Of a DNA stretch of 64,000 bases, positions 19,019 to 28,279 are shown piece by piece. The notes below the pieces were generated by a model that did not search any database, had not been told where the DNA came from, and saw only the letters and a program-made list of their open reading frames with translations. Location: assembly GCA_900547775.1 (NCBI GenBank), contig URHW01000002.1:13041-77040 (forward strand). Direction: 5' to 3'. Source of the stretch: an uncultured Mycoplasmatota bacterium (GTDB taxonomy: Bacteria; Bacillota_I; Bacilli_A; RF39; UBA660). Every line of letters starts with the position of its first letter. The first letter of the stretch is position 1. Position numbers and translations under genes: made by a program.

Positions 19019-20779
19019 ATGTTTGGAAAGATAAAGTATATTAGTGATAATACTGCGGTTGTTGAAATTAATAAAGATGGTAATCTTGTTAGTAATTTAA
19101 TGAATTTACATGTTGTATTTGAATCTAATGGTGATAAACTTTTGGGTGAAGTTAAGAATGTTGATGAAAACTCTGTAAAGATAGAGTTATTAGGTGAGTT
19201 TGTTGGTACTCGTTTTATTGCAGGTACTATTAAGAAACCTACTTTAACAAGTACTCTTAGAGTAATTAATGAAGAAGAACTTGATATTATAATGGGTAAG
19301 GCTGATGAAAACTCATTATATATTGGTAAGAGTCCGATTTACAAAGATAGAAGTATTTATGCAAATATTAATGATTTATTTTCAAACCATTTAGCAATAT
19401 TTGGTAACTCTGGTTCAGGTAAATCTTGTTCAGTTTCAAGGATAGTACAAAATATATTTTTAAATCAAAACTTCTTAGCGCAAAATGCAAACCTTTTTAT
19501 TTTTGATGCTTATGGTGAGTATAAGAATGCTTTTAGAGATATAAATAAAATTAATCCAGCATATCAATATAAGTTTTTAACGACTAATCCAACAGAAGAA
19601 ACGGATATGTTATTTCAGTTACCTGTTTTCTTATTTACTAATGATGATGTAGCGCTTTTGCTTAATGCAGATAATCATGCACAGCTTACAATTATTGAAC
19701 GTATGATGAAACTCGCTAAATTATTTAGTCGTAATGATGCAGTTACTGAGAAACTTAAAAATCACTTAATTGCTAAAGCTATTCAGTCAGTATTATTTAG
19801 TAATCAAAATGCTTCTGGTAAGAAAAATGATATTTTTACAATTATTTCATCTTGTCAAACACCTGCATTTAATATGAATACGGAGATTCAAGGTATTGGT
19901 TATACAAGAAGATTTAGTGAGTGCTTTAAAATTGATAGCAAGGGCGAGTTTGGTGAAAGTGTTCTTATTAATGAATATATTGCTAAAAATCTTAATGAAG
20001 AGTTAGAAAGTACTATTGAGGTTCCTAGTCAGGCTTTCTTTACATTAAGGGATATGGAGAAGGCTTTAGAGTTTACTTTAATTGGTGAAGGGTTCTTAAA
20101 TAATAGATTAATGCAAGATTCAGCAATTATTTTAAAGGTTAGATTACACTCTATTATTAATAGTCGTAATGCTTTGTATTTTGACATTAAGCAGTATATT
20201 ACTTTAGAACAGTATATATCTAGTTTAATCGTATTAAATCATAGACGTAGTCAAATTATTAATATTAATTTAGAAGATGTTGATGATAATTTAGCGAAGG
20301 TTATTGTTAAGATTGTTAGTAAGATGATATTTGATTTTTCTAAGTCACGCAAGATTAGAGCATCTATTCCATTTCATTTAATTATAGAAGAAGCACATAG
20401 ATATGTAGTAGCAGATAATGATAAGTTCCTTCTTGGTTATAATATATTTGAACGTATTGCTAAAGAAGGCCGTAAGTATGGCGTACTTATTGATTTAATT
20501 AGTCAAAGACCTGTAGATATTTCAGAAACTGTTGTAGCCCAGATGAGTAATTTCTTAGTACTTAAAATGACACATCCAAAAGATTTAGAATATATTGAAA
20601 AGATGCTTCCAAATGTTTCAAGTGATATTATTGAAAAACTTAATTCTTTGCAGTCTGGTACGTTAGTATCATTTGGTAATGCCTTTAAGATACCATTACT
20701 TATTAAGATGGATTTACCGAACCCATTACCATACTCTAGTAACTGTGATGTTATTGCTAGATGGAAAGGAAATAACTAA
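19019..20779 (+). CDS. HerA/FtsK-type (DUF87-like) hexameric ATPase homologue
   Basis: N-terminal HAS-barrel-like segment (GKIKYISDNTAVVEI...LLGEVKNVDENSVKIELLGEF); Walker A FGNSGSGKS; Walker B HLIIEEAHRY; EGRKYGVLIDLISQRP. ATG 19019 with RBS AAAGAGG preferred over TTG 19010. Confidence 0.75.
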   Translation: MFGKIKYISDNTAVVEINKDGNLVSNLMNLHVVFESNGDKLLGEVKNVDENSVKIELLGEFVGTRFIAGTIKKPTLTSTLRVINEEELDIIMGKADENSLYIGKSPIYKDRSIYANINDLFSNHLAIFGNSGSGKSCSVSRIVQNIFLNQNFLAQNANLFIFDAYGEYKNAFRDINKINPAYQYKFLTTNPTEETDMLFQLPVFLFTNDDVALLLNADNHAQLTIIERMMKLAKLFSRNDAVTEKLKNHLIAKAIQSVLFSNQNASGKKNDIFTIISSCQTPAFNMNTEIQGIGYTRRFSECFKIDSKGEFGESVLINEYIAKNLNEELESTIEVPSQAFFTLRDMEKALEFTLIGEGFLNNRLMQDSAIILKVRLHSIINSRNALYFDIKQYITLEQYISSLIVLNHRRSQIININLEDVDDNLAKVIVKIVSKMIFDFSKSRKIRASIPFHLIIEEAHRYVVADNDKFLLGYNIFERIAKEGRKYGVLIDLISQRPVDISETVVAQMSNFLVLKMTHPKDLEYIEKMLPNVSSDIIEKLNSLQSGTLVSFGNAFKIPLLIKMDLPNPLPYSSNCDVIARWKGNN

Positions 20780-20796
20780 TTATAGTTAAAGTGATT

Positions 20797-23004
20797 ATGA
20801 AGAAAGAAATGAAAAGGGAAGTAGAGGATGCATTAGAGATATTAAATGGCTTAATTAGTAATTATAATGATTTCTTTATTAATGAAAGTAAGCCGATTCC
20901 AGATGAGATAAAAGATACTTATTTAAATGTTGCTAAAGCGTTTATGAACGATCTTAAAGAAGAAGATTTAAAGAAATACCAAAAGTCTTCTTCTTATGAA
21001 GATTTAGTAAGTAAATATAATACTCTTAAAAGTAATGTTAGTGAAGCAGAATCTAGAATAAAAGAGCATAATGATAAAGTAATAATGCTTGATAAAGAAA
21101 ATAAAATTAAAGATATGGGTGAGATTAGTAGTGATGCATCTATTCAAGATGATATTATTACTGTGCCTAGTGAAGAACTTCTTTTGGTAAGTAGTGCTGA
21201 TGATAAACTTAAATATGTTACTGATAAGATTAAGTATGTAACTTCTTTAGAAGGCACTTTAGAAGAAGAAATATTAATTCTTACTTATACTAATAAGGAT
21301 TCTAAGAGTTATATGAATGCTCTTAAAGATTATCCTAATGTTGGGGTTATGCCAATAAATAAGTTTATATATTCATTAAGTGATATTAAAACAACAGAGG
21401 TGTCACTTAATAAAGTGATAGATGAAGAATTATCTAATAACTTAAAGGATGATAATTATACTAGAAATTTAGTTTTATATTTATTACATTATCATCAAAA
21501 TACATATTCTTCTTTAGCGTTTAGTGATAAAAATTCTTATAATGATTATCTCGATAGTTTGAATTTAAAGACACTTAAGGGTGAAACAGTAAGTAGTCCA
21601 GCGATTTTAAATATTACTGATTTTCTTACCGAGAATAAAGTTAATTATAAGATTAAGAATATTTTAGAAGATAATGAGATATTTAATGTAATTAGTTTAG
21701 ATAATGATATAGATATTATTTATTTTGAGTTAGATGAAAAAGGTGAGAGGCCAGTATTTTTTAAAGATAGTTATATAGAGACAGTTGATAAGATTAGAAG
21801 CGATTATGAAAATAGTCATACTAAGTTAGTTGAGTGTTATGCTTACGAAAAGAAAAATGGTTCTATTATTAATAATTTATATACTAAGTTATATGATGCT
21901 GGTGTTAAGTTTGCTTTAGAGGATGCTAGTGTTCTTTTAGAATTATTAGAAAAGCAAAATCCTAACTTAATGCCTTCATTAAAAGAAACTATGTTAATTA
22001 CGATTAAGGCTTTAATAGAAGAGAATAAACCGTTAGAAGAATTTAACATGACATTAAGTGAACGTAAATTTGCGGAGCTTTTAAAACCTATATATGATAA
22101 GTATAATATTTCAAGTGATTTTAGTAATGAGACTTATAAAATAATAGATAATCTTAAAGATAATTTAAATTATAAATTTATAATTTTAGATAACTTTGAA
22201 GAAATAACTACTTCTAAGTTTAAGTTAATTCAAAAGATTAAAAATATAACGGGTGCTAATTTATTATTTTTAGGTGATGATTGGCAAAGCATTTATCTAA
22301 ATAGTGGGACTAATCCTAAGTATATTAAAAATATTAAGAAGTATTATCCTGATATTAAAATTTCTCTTCTTCCATATAAACCAGTTAATTTTAAACTTTA
22401 TGAAATTGCTAAGAAAGTTATTAGTATGACAAATAATTATTATGATAAGAAGGTAGAAGCAAGTGATAGTTTTTCTTCTATAGGTATTATACGAGTTAAA
22501 AATAAAGATGATATTAAAGATAAATTAATAAATATAGTTAAGAGTTTACCTGGTAGCATTACTATTGCAGGTAGATATTCTAGCGATAATGTTGATGTTC
22601 CTAATACAAAGTTTATTTTAATAAATGACACTAAGATATATAATTCAGATTATACTTTTATAATAAACACTGAAAAAGGATTATGTGGTTATCCAAATGA
22701 GCTAATCAATAATGTTATTTTAAATAAAATAATAGAGATAGAGCCAGCAATATATAATGAATACCGCACTTTAGCAAATATTATTAGAAATACTAATAAA
22801 AGAGTATATTTAGTTGTAACAGAAGAAAATACATCTAAAGTATTTAGAGATATTATTGATACTTATAAGGATGATATTTTAGCAGGGAAAAATGAATGTC
22901 CAATATGCGGGAGTAGTCTTATTATAAAACCAGCTGGTGATAAAGAAGAGCTTGAGTGTTCTAATGAAAAATGTAGTTATCATAGTGATATAAACGAGAA
23001 TTAA
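20797..23004 (+). CDS. Helicase IV/UvrD-like protein with eroded ATPase motifs, N-terminal coiled coil and C-terminal zinc ribbon
   Basis: Colinear with helicase IV: ILILTYTNKDSK (Ia), FIILDNFEE (II, DE to DN), LLFLGDDWQSIY (III), ITIAGRY, DYTFIINTEKGLCGYP, RTLANIIRNTNKRVYLV (VI). Walker A position reads SSADDKLK. CPICG...C..KC at the C-terminus. Start could be GTG 20791. Confidence 0.7.
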   Translation: MKKEMKREVEDALEILNGLISNYNDFFINESKPIPDEIKDTYLNVAKAFMNDLKEEDLKKYQKSSSYEDLVSKYNTLKSNVSEAESRIKEHNDKVIMLDKENKIKDMGEISSDASIQDDIITVPSEELLLVSSADDKLKYVTDKIKYVTSLEGTLEEEILILTYTNKDSKSYMNALKDYPNVGVMPINKFIYSLSDIKTTEVSLNKVIDEELSNNLKDDNYTRNLVLYLLHYHQNTYSSLAFSDKNSYNDYLDSLNLKTLKGETVSSPAILNITDFLTENKVNYKIKNILEDNEIFNVISLDNDIDIIYFELDEKGERPVFFKDSYIETVDKIRSDYENSHTKLVECYAYEKKNGSIINNLYTKLYDAGVKFALEDASVLLELLEKQNPNLMPSLKETMLITIKALIEENKPLEEFNMTLSERKFAELLKPIYDKYNISSDFSNETYKIIDNLKDNLNYKFIILDNFEEITTSKFKLIQKIKNITGANLLFLGDDWQSIYLNSGTNPKYIKNIKKYYPDIKISLLPYKPVNFKLYEIAKKVISMTNNYYDKKVEASDSFSSIGIIRVKNKDDIKDKLINIVKSLPGSITIAGRYSSDNVDVPNTKFILINDTKIYNSDYTFIINTEKGLCGYPNELINNVILNKIIEIEPAIYNEYRTLANIIRNTNKRVYLVVTEENTSKVFRDIIDTYKDDILAGKNECPICGSSLIIKPAGDKEELECSNEKCSYHSDINEN

Positions 23005-23015
23005 TTGTATAGGGC

Positions 23016-23044
23016 TTGAAATGTAAGTTAAATTGTGATAGACT
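23016..23044 (+). promoter_or_regulatory. Promoter of thrS T-box leader
   Basis: -35 TTGAAA (23016-23021), 17-nt spacer, TGaTAGACT extended -10 (23039-23044). Confidence 0.45.
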
Positions 23045-23049
23045 TGGAG

Positions 23050-23263
23050 TTAGTTAAAAAAGTTTTGATTAGGACATGGCATTATTCTTAATCTTATTAA
23101 GCGAAGTTATGATGGTGAAAGATAACTTAAGAAAGAGTATTTGTTACTACCTATGAACTGGTCTTGAAAAAGAACCCCGGTGATGAGCCGTTACTTAAAT
23201 AAAGGTAAAAATGGATGGTACCGTGTTTATGCACTCCTGCTAATTGTGGCAGGAGTTTTTTTT
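23050..23263 (+). promoter_or_regulatory. T-box riboswitch leader, threonine specifier (ACU/ACC)
   Basis: Distal-loop GGTGAAA at 23114-23120; ACT ACC at 23146-23151; T-box sequence AATGGATGGTACCGTG about 23210-23225; terminator CTCCTGC(23234-23240)/GCAGGAG(23249-23255)+T8. Confidence 0.85.
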
Positions 23264-23282
23264 AACTAAGAAGGAGGATTTT

Positions 23283-25046
23283 ATGATAAATATTAAAGAA
23301 AATGAAGAACTTCACGTATTAAACCATAGCTGTGCTCATTTACTAGCACAAGCTGTAAAGCATTTATATCCAAATGCTAAATTCTGGGTAGGACCTGTAA
23401 CTACAGAAGGATTCTACTATGACATTGACTTAGGAGATGTTACTTTAACAAATGATGACTTACCTAAGATTGAAAAAGAAATGAAAAAAATTAGTAAAGA
23501 TGGTAAGAGAATTGTTCGTGAAGAAATATCTAAAGAGGAGGCTTTAGAAAAGTTTAAAGATGACCCATATAAAATTGATTTGATAAGCCGTATGGATGAA
23601 AATAATACTGTTATTTCAATGTATACTCAAGGTGACTTTACTGATCTTTGCCGTGGACCACATGTAGCAACGGTTAAAGAACTTAAGCATTTTAAACTTT
23701 TAAAAGTAAGCGGTGCTTACTGGAAGGGTGATGTTAAAAATAAGATGCTTCAAAGGATCTATGGTGTTTGCTTTACTAATGAAGAAGATTTAAATAATTG
23801 TCTTGCTGAAATAGAAGAGGCTAAACAAAGAGACCATCGTAAGATTGGTAAAGATATGGAAATATTCATGACTGATGAATTAGTTGGTGCTGGTATGCCT
23901 TTATGGCTTCCAAATGGAGCAATTATTAGAAAACAACTAGAAAATTATATCTATGATAAGGAACAAAAGTTAGGATATAATCATGTATATACTCCATGTG
24001 TTGGTACAGTTAACCTATATAAGACTAGCGGACACTGGGATCATTATAAAGAAAATATGTTTCCAATGATGAAAGTTGATGATGAAGAATTTGTTTTAAG
24101 ACCAATGAATTGTCCTCATCATATGCTTGTTTATAAAAATAAATTACATTCTTATAGAGATTTACCTATTAGAATTGGTGAATTTGCAACCGACTTTAGA
24201 TATGAGGCAAGTGGCGCTGTTAAAGGACTTGAAAGAGTTAGATGCATGTGTCAAAATGATGCGCATTTATTTGTAACACCTGAACAAATTGGTGATGAAT
24301 TTAAAAAAGTTGTAAGTCTAATCTTAGACGTATATAAAGATTTTGGTATTAAAAATTATAAATTTAGATTATCTTTAAGGGATAAAGAAGATAAAGAAAA
24401 ATACTTTGATGATGATGAAATGTGGGATATGGCTGAAAATAAGCTTAGAGAAGTACTTAATGACTTAGGTGTTGAGTATTTTGAAGCTAAAGGCGAAGCA
24501 GCGTTCTATGGGCCTAAATTAGATGTTGAGGTTAAACCTGCCGTTGGGCCTGAGGTTACATTATCAACTTGTCAGTTAGACTTCTTACTTCCTAGAAGAT
24601 TTGAATTATCTTACATTGATAATAAGGGTGAGAAACAAATACCAGTAGTTCTTCATAGAGCTATCTTTGGAACTTTTGATAGATTTACTGCATTTATAAT
24701 TGAAGAAACTAAAGGTGCATTTCCTCTATGGCTTGCTCCTTTACAAATTAATATTATTCCAGTTAATACTGACTTACATTTAGAATATGCCGATAAAATA
24801 TGCAAACTTTTAAAGGATAACAACGTAAGAGTAGAGGTAGATGATCGTAATGAAAAGATTGGTTATAAGATGAGAGAAAGTCAAACTAAAAAAGTACCTC
24901 TAACACTTGTTCTTGGTGATAATGAAAAAGATAATAATCAAATAAGTTATAGAGAATATGGTAAACAAGAAACAATTACTTGCTCTATAGATGAGTTTAT
25001 TAGTAAGGTAAATGATTGTATTAAGAATAAGGAACAAAACTTATAA
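23283..25046 (+). CDS. thrS: Threonine--tRNA ligase (no N-terminal TGS domain)
   Basis: ATG 23283 with RBS AAGGAGG. Protein begins at the editing-domain [10 protein letters not shown] motif. Class II core [20 protein letters not shown]...QDDAH; anticodon-binding domain at the C-terminus. Confidence 0.9.
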   Translation: MINIKENEELHVLNHSCAHLLAQAVKHLYPNAKFWVGPVTTEGFYYDIDLGDVTLTNDDLPKIEKEMKKISKDGKRIVREEISKEEALEKFKDDPYKIDLISRMDENNTVISMYTQGDFTDLCRGPHVATVKELKHFKLLKVSGAYWKGDVKNKMLQRIYGVCFTNEEDLNNCLAEIEEAKQRDHRKIGKDMEIFMTDELVGAGMPLWLPNGAIIRKQLENYIYDKEQKLGYNHVYTPCVGTVNLYKTSGHWDHYKENMFPMMKVDDEEFVLRPMNCPHHMLVYKNKLHSYRDLPIRIGEFATDFRYEASGAVKGLERVRCMCQNDAHLFVTPEQIGDEFKKVVSLILDVYKDFGIKNYKFRLSLRDKEDKEKYFDDDEMWDMAENKLREVLNDLGVEYFEAKGEAAFYGPKLDVEVKPAVGPEVTLSTCQLDFLLPRRFELSYIDNKGEKQIPVVLHRAIFGTFDRFTAFIIEETKGAFPLWLAPLQINIIPVNTDLHLEYADKICKLLKDNNVRVEVDDRNEKIGYKMRESQTKKVPLTLVLGDNEKDNNQISYREYGKQETITCSIDEFISKVNDCIKNKEQNL

Positions 25047-25091
25047 AATATGTCAAAAATACAAAAATAACTTTTAATAATACAATAATAA

Positions 25092-25100
25092 TGATATAAT
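25092..25100 (+). promoter_or_regulatory. Extended -10 promoter (TGaTATAAT) of the sRNA
   Basis: TG-n-TATAAT ending 6-7 nt before the first base of the closing helix. Confidence 0.5.
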
Positions 25101-25106
25101 TAAAGT

Positions 25107-25268
25107 ACCTAGAAGATGGTCAAATATAAAACCGACTAATGGTGAATATAGGGAATCTAATTAGCAGTGGTGTTGAAAACTAGCTAGCCTAGGCTCCTAA
25201 AGCTGTCTATGTGATGCCCACCTTGCGTGCGCGCGGGTTTTTATCACTGCGGCTGTCTTCTAGGTTTT
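25107..25268 (+). ncRNA. Structured small RNA of about 160 nt, class unresolved (6S RNA is the best guess from synteny with tcdA/yrvM)
   Basis: 15-bp closing helix, 25107-25121 with 25251-25265 (10 Watson-Crick pairs ACCTAGAAGA/TCTTCTAGGT plus G-U/G-C extension). Second helix GCAGTGGT 25164-25171 with ATCACTGC 25243-25250. Locally GC-rich core; ends in TTT; own promoter; no ORF. Confidence 0.45.
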
Positions 25269-25291
25269 ATTATATATATAAAGGAGAATAT

Positions 25292-25960
25292 ATGTTCGAG
25301 AGATTAATAACATTAATTGGTGAAGATGATGTAAATAAATTAAAGAAAGCAAATGTTTTAATTGTTGGTTTAGGAGGAGTAGGAGGCTATGCTTTAGAAA
25401 CATTGGTTAGATCAGGCATTTATAACTTAACAATTGTGGATGGTGATATAGTAGAGCTTAGCAATTTAAATAGACAGATAATATCTAAGAGGGATGTTAT
25501 AGGAAGACCTAAAGCTTTAGTAGCACAAGCAAGAACTCTAGAGATAAATCCGGATGTTAACTTAAAGGTTATTAATCAGTTTATTAGTGAGGATAATTTT
25601 TCTTTACTTAATATAGATAGTTTTGATTACGTTATTGATGCATGTGATGATTTGAATTTAAAAATGCTTCTTATAAAGAATGCAGAAAAATATAAGTTAA
25701 TTTCTTCTATGGGTACAGCTAATAAGATGGATATGACCAGATTTAAAATAACGACAATTGATAAGACTTCATATGATCCTCTAGCTAAAATAATCCGTAA
25801 GAAGATAAAAGAAGAAAAGATACGAACTAAATTTAAAGTGGTATCAAGTGATGAAAAAGTAATGAAAAATGGGACTAAATTAGGCACTATAGCATATATG
25901 CCAGCAGTATCTGGTTTACTTTGTGCATCATATGTAATTAATGATATTATAAATAAATAA
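25292..25960 (+). CDS. tcdA: tRNA threonylcarbamoyladenosine dehydratase (ThiF/YgdL family)
   Basis: ATG 25292 with RBS AAAGGAG; VLIVGLGGVGGYALETLVRSGI Rossmann motif, DGD.V..SNLNRQ; the longer ORF-track start (25211) lies inside the sRNA. Confidence 0.8.
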   Translation: MFERLITLIGEDDVNKLKKANVLIVGLGGVGGYALETLVRSGIYNLTIVDGDIVELSNLNRQIISKRDVIGRPKALVAQARTLEINPDVNLKVINQFISEDNFSLLNIDSFDYVIDACDDLNLKMLLIKNAEKYKLISSMGTANKMDMTRFKITTIDKTSYDPLAKIIRKKIKEEKIRTKFKVVSSDEKVMKNGTKLGTIAYMPAVSGLLCASYVINDIINK

Positions 25961-25989
25961 AAGATAAGTATATGAATATATCTATCATT

Positions 25990-26190
25990 AAATTCGAATA
26001 CATTATTTGGTAAAGACGGAGAAATATATAATTTAAATAACAAAAGTGTATTAATAATAGGTGGAGCTTATTCTGTGGATAAAGAATATAGAATAAAATA
26101 TGGGTATTGTTGATATGAAACTGAACAACCAGATGATGATATAAAACAATATGTTTTTAACCGATTTCGGCAGAAAAATTTGTTAGATTA
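25990..26190 (+). pseudogene. Remnant of a metallophosphoesterase-type gene
   Basis: Reads GKDGEIYNLNNKSVLIIGGAYSVDKEYRIKYGYC*YETEQPDDDIKQYV, with stops at 26028-26030 and 26111-26113 and no start; the family assignment is from memory of similar GGAYS.DK...EQP proteins. Confidence 0.35.
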
Positions 26191-26191
26191 A

Positions 26192-26220
26192 TTGACAAAA
26201 ATCAAAAAAAATAATATAAT
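26192..26220 (+). promoter_or_regulatory. Consensus sigma-A promoter of the ABC islet
   Basis: TTGACA (26192-26197), 17-nt spacer, TATAAT (26215-26220). Confidence 0.6.
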
Positions 26221-26335
26221 TATTCTGGTTATCTACATTTTTAAATAAAAAATAAAAGATATGGCTTATATTATAAAAAAAGTTTTGTCATATCTTTTTT
26301 TAAACAAAAAATCTAAAGATAAGGAGGTTGATAAA

Positions 26336-27613
26336 ATGCTAAAAAATGCTATAGCATATATTTTAAGAAAAAGAAATAGAACAATTATAGTATTTATTAT
26401 TTTAACATTAATTCTCTCTTGTTTGTATTCATGTTTGAATATAACAAAATCAACAAATAATTTAGAAAAAAACTTATACAAGATTTCAAATACATCATTA
26501 TCAATAACTAAAAATAATGGTGATACTTTTGAAACTAATCAGTTTAAAGAATTAGATAATATAAAAGAAATAAAAGAAATTATCACTAAGTATGATGGAC
26601 TTGCTAGAACTGCAAACATCAAAGCTGTAGATGGAACACAATTAGTAGAACGAGATGATTTATCAGATGAGTTCAAAAATATGCTTTCAGTAGAAGCTAC
26701 TAATAATAGTGAAAAGGATAATTTATTTAATAGTGGTATTTTTACTATTATAAAAGGCAGACATATTAATAATAATGATAGAGGAAAAATTCTTATTCAC
26801 AAGGAACTTGCTGAAAAAAATAACCTAAAACTCAACGATAAAATCAAACTTCAATTAATTGATTTTAATAACAGTGAAAAGAAAAAGGAATATGAGTTTG
26901 AGATAATTGGAATTTTTTCAGGTAAAAAACAAGAAAGATATACTGGCTTATCATCAGATTTTAGTGAAAACATGGTGTTTATTGATTATGAATCAAGTCA
27001 AAAAGCATTAAATAAAACTGAAAATAACAAAATTGTTAATAAACTTGCAATATTTTCAGACAGTTCAGAAAATACAAAGGAAGCACTAAATAAAATTAAA
27101 AAAATTAAAATTGATTGGTCACAATTCAATATTTCAAGTGATAACCATGTATTCGAAGAAATACTAGAGTCTATAGATGGAATAAAACATATTATTGAAA
27201 TCATGACATATTCAATTATGATAGGTGGAATAACAGTTTTGTCATTAATATTGATACTATGGTTAAGAGAAAGAATATATGAAATAGGAATATTATTATC
27301 TATTGGTATAAGTAAAATAAAAATAATAATTCAATTTATACTTGAATTATTATTTATATCACTACCTTCTTTGGTATTATCATTATTTATAGGAAATGTA
27401 ATATTAAATATTATAGTCGGTGGATTTATGAATTCTGATGATTCAACAATAATGGTTGATAGCTTACTTAAAAACAATAATTTTATTTCAAATCTTATAA
27501 CTTTCCTACAAAGTTACGGAATATTAATTGGAATTATAGTTCTATCAGTTATTATTGCAAGTTTAATGATATTAATTAAAAAACCAAAAGAAATATTGTC
27601 AAAAATAAGTTAG
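26336..27613 (+). CDS. FtsX/MacB-type ABC permease
   Basis: N-terminal TM, about 250-aa extracytoplasmic domain, 3 C-terminal TMs; ATG 26336 with RBS AAGGAGG preferred over 26261. Confidence 0.8.
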   Translation: MLKNAIAYILRKRNRTIIVFIILTLILSCLYSCLNITKSTNNLEKNLYKISNTSLSITKNNGDTFETNQFKELDNIKEIKEIITKYDGLARTANIKAVDGTQLVERDDLSDEFKNMLSVEATNNSEKDNLFNSGIFTIIKGRHINNNDRGKILIHKELAEKNNLKLNDKIKLQLIDFNNSEKKKEYEFEIIGIFSGKKQERYTGLSSDFSENMVFIDYESSQKALNKTENNKIVNKLAIFSDSSENTKEALNKIKKIKIDWSQFNISSDNHVFEEILESIDGIKHIIEIMTYSIMIGGITVLSLILILWLRERIYEIGILLSIGISKIKIIIQFILELLFISLPSLVLSLFIGNVILNIIVGGFMNSDDSTIMVDSLLKNNNFISNLITFLQSYGILIGIIVLSVIIASLMILIKKPKEILSKIS

Positions 27614-27623
27614 GAGATTAAAA

Positions 27624-28268
27624 ATGGATATATTAGAAATAAAAAATGTAACATATAATTATTCAAATTCAAATGAGAAAGTATTATCTTCAGTAAATCA
27701 AAAATTTGAAATTGGAAATTTTTATGCAATAATAGGAAAATCAGGTGCAGGAAAGTCAACATTACTTTCTCTATTAGCAGGTTTAGATAAACCACAAAAA
27801 GGTCAAATCTTATTTAAAGGAAATGATATAGAGAAAGATGGCTATAGTAATCATAGAAAAAATAACATATCGTTAGTTTTTCAAAACTATAATTTAATTG
27901 ATTATTTAACGCCTTTAGAAAATGTTAGATTAGTAAATAAAAATGCATCTGAAACAATCTTATTTGAATTAGGGCTTGATAAAAGTCAAATAAATAGAAA
28001 TGTAATGAAATTATCAGGAGGGCAACAACAAAGAGTGGCGTTTGCAAGAGCTTTAGTTTCAGAAGCTCCAATAATTTTAGCAGATGAACCTACTGGAAAC
28101 TTAGATGTTGATACTGCTGGTGAAATAATTGAAATACTTAAAAAGCTAGCAAAAGAAAGAAATAAGTGTGTAATCGTAGTAACACATAGTAAAGAAGTTG
28201 CAAATTCTGCTGACATTATTTTAGAATTAAGAGATAGAAAACTTAAGAAAATAAATAAAAATAATTAG
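27624..28268 (+). CDS. ABC transporter ATP-binding protein
   Basis: [29 protein letters not shown]-loop VTHS. Confidence 0.9.
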   Translation: MDILEIKNVTYNYSNSNEKVLSSVNQKFEIGNFYAIIGKSGAGKSTLLSLLAGLDKPQKGQILFKGNDIEKDGYSNHRKNNISLVFQNYNLIDYLTPLENVRLVNKNASETILFELGLDKSQINRNVMKLSGGQQQRVAFARALVSEAPIILADEPTGNLDVDTAGEIIEILKKLAKERNKCVIVVTHSKEVANSADIILELRDRKLKKINKNN

Positions 28269-28279
28269 GAGGTACAATA

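Noticed and set aside
25107-25268. SRP (4.5S/scRNA) identity for the structured RNA
   Set aside because: I could not find the conserved domain IV signature (GGAA-type tetraloop flanked by the AGCAGC/GGUCC-like symmetric loop). A T-box or riboswitch attenuator is also unlikely, because the 5' and 3' ends pair with each other.
26111-26113. TGA at expected Trp positions in two pseudogene remnants (here and at 29936-29938 on the reverse strand), suggesting genetic code 4 (Mollicutes-like) origin or usage
   Set aside because: All long conserved genes in the window, including the ABC genes between the two remnants, are free of in-frame TGA and use TGG for conserved Trp, and xseB ends in TGA. TGG-to-TGA is the expected AT-biased inactivating transition in decaying genes.
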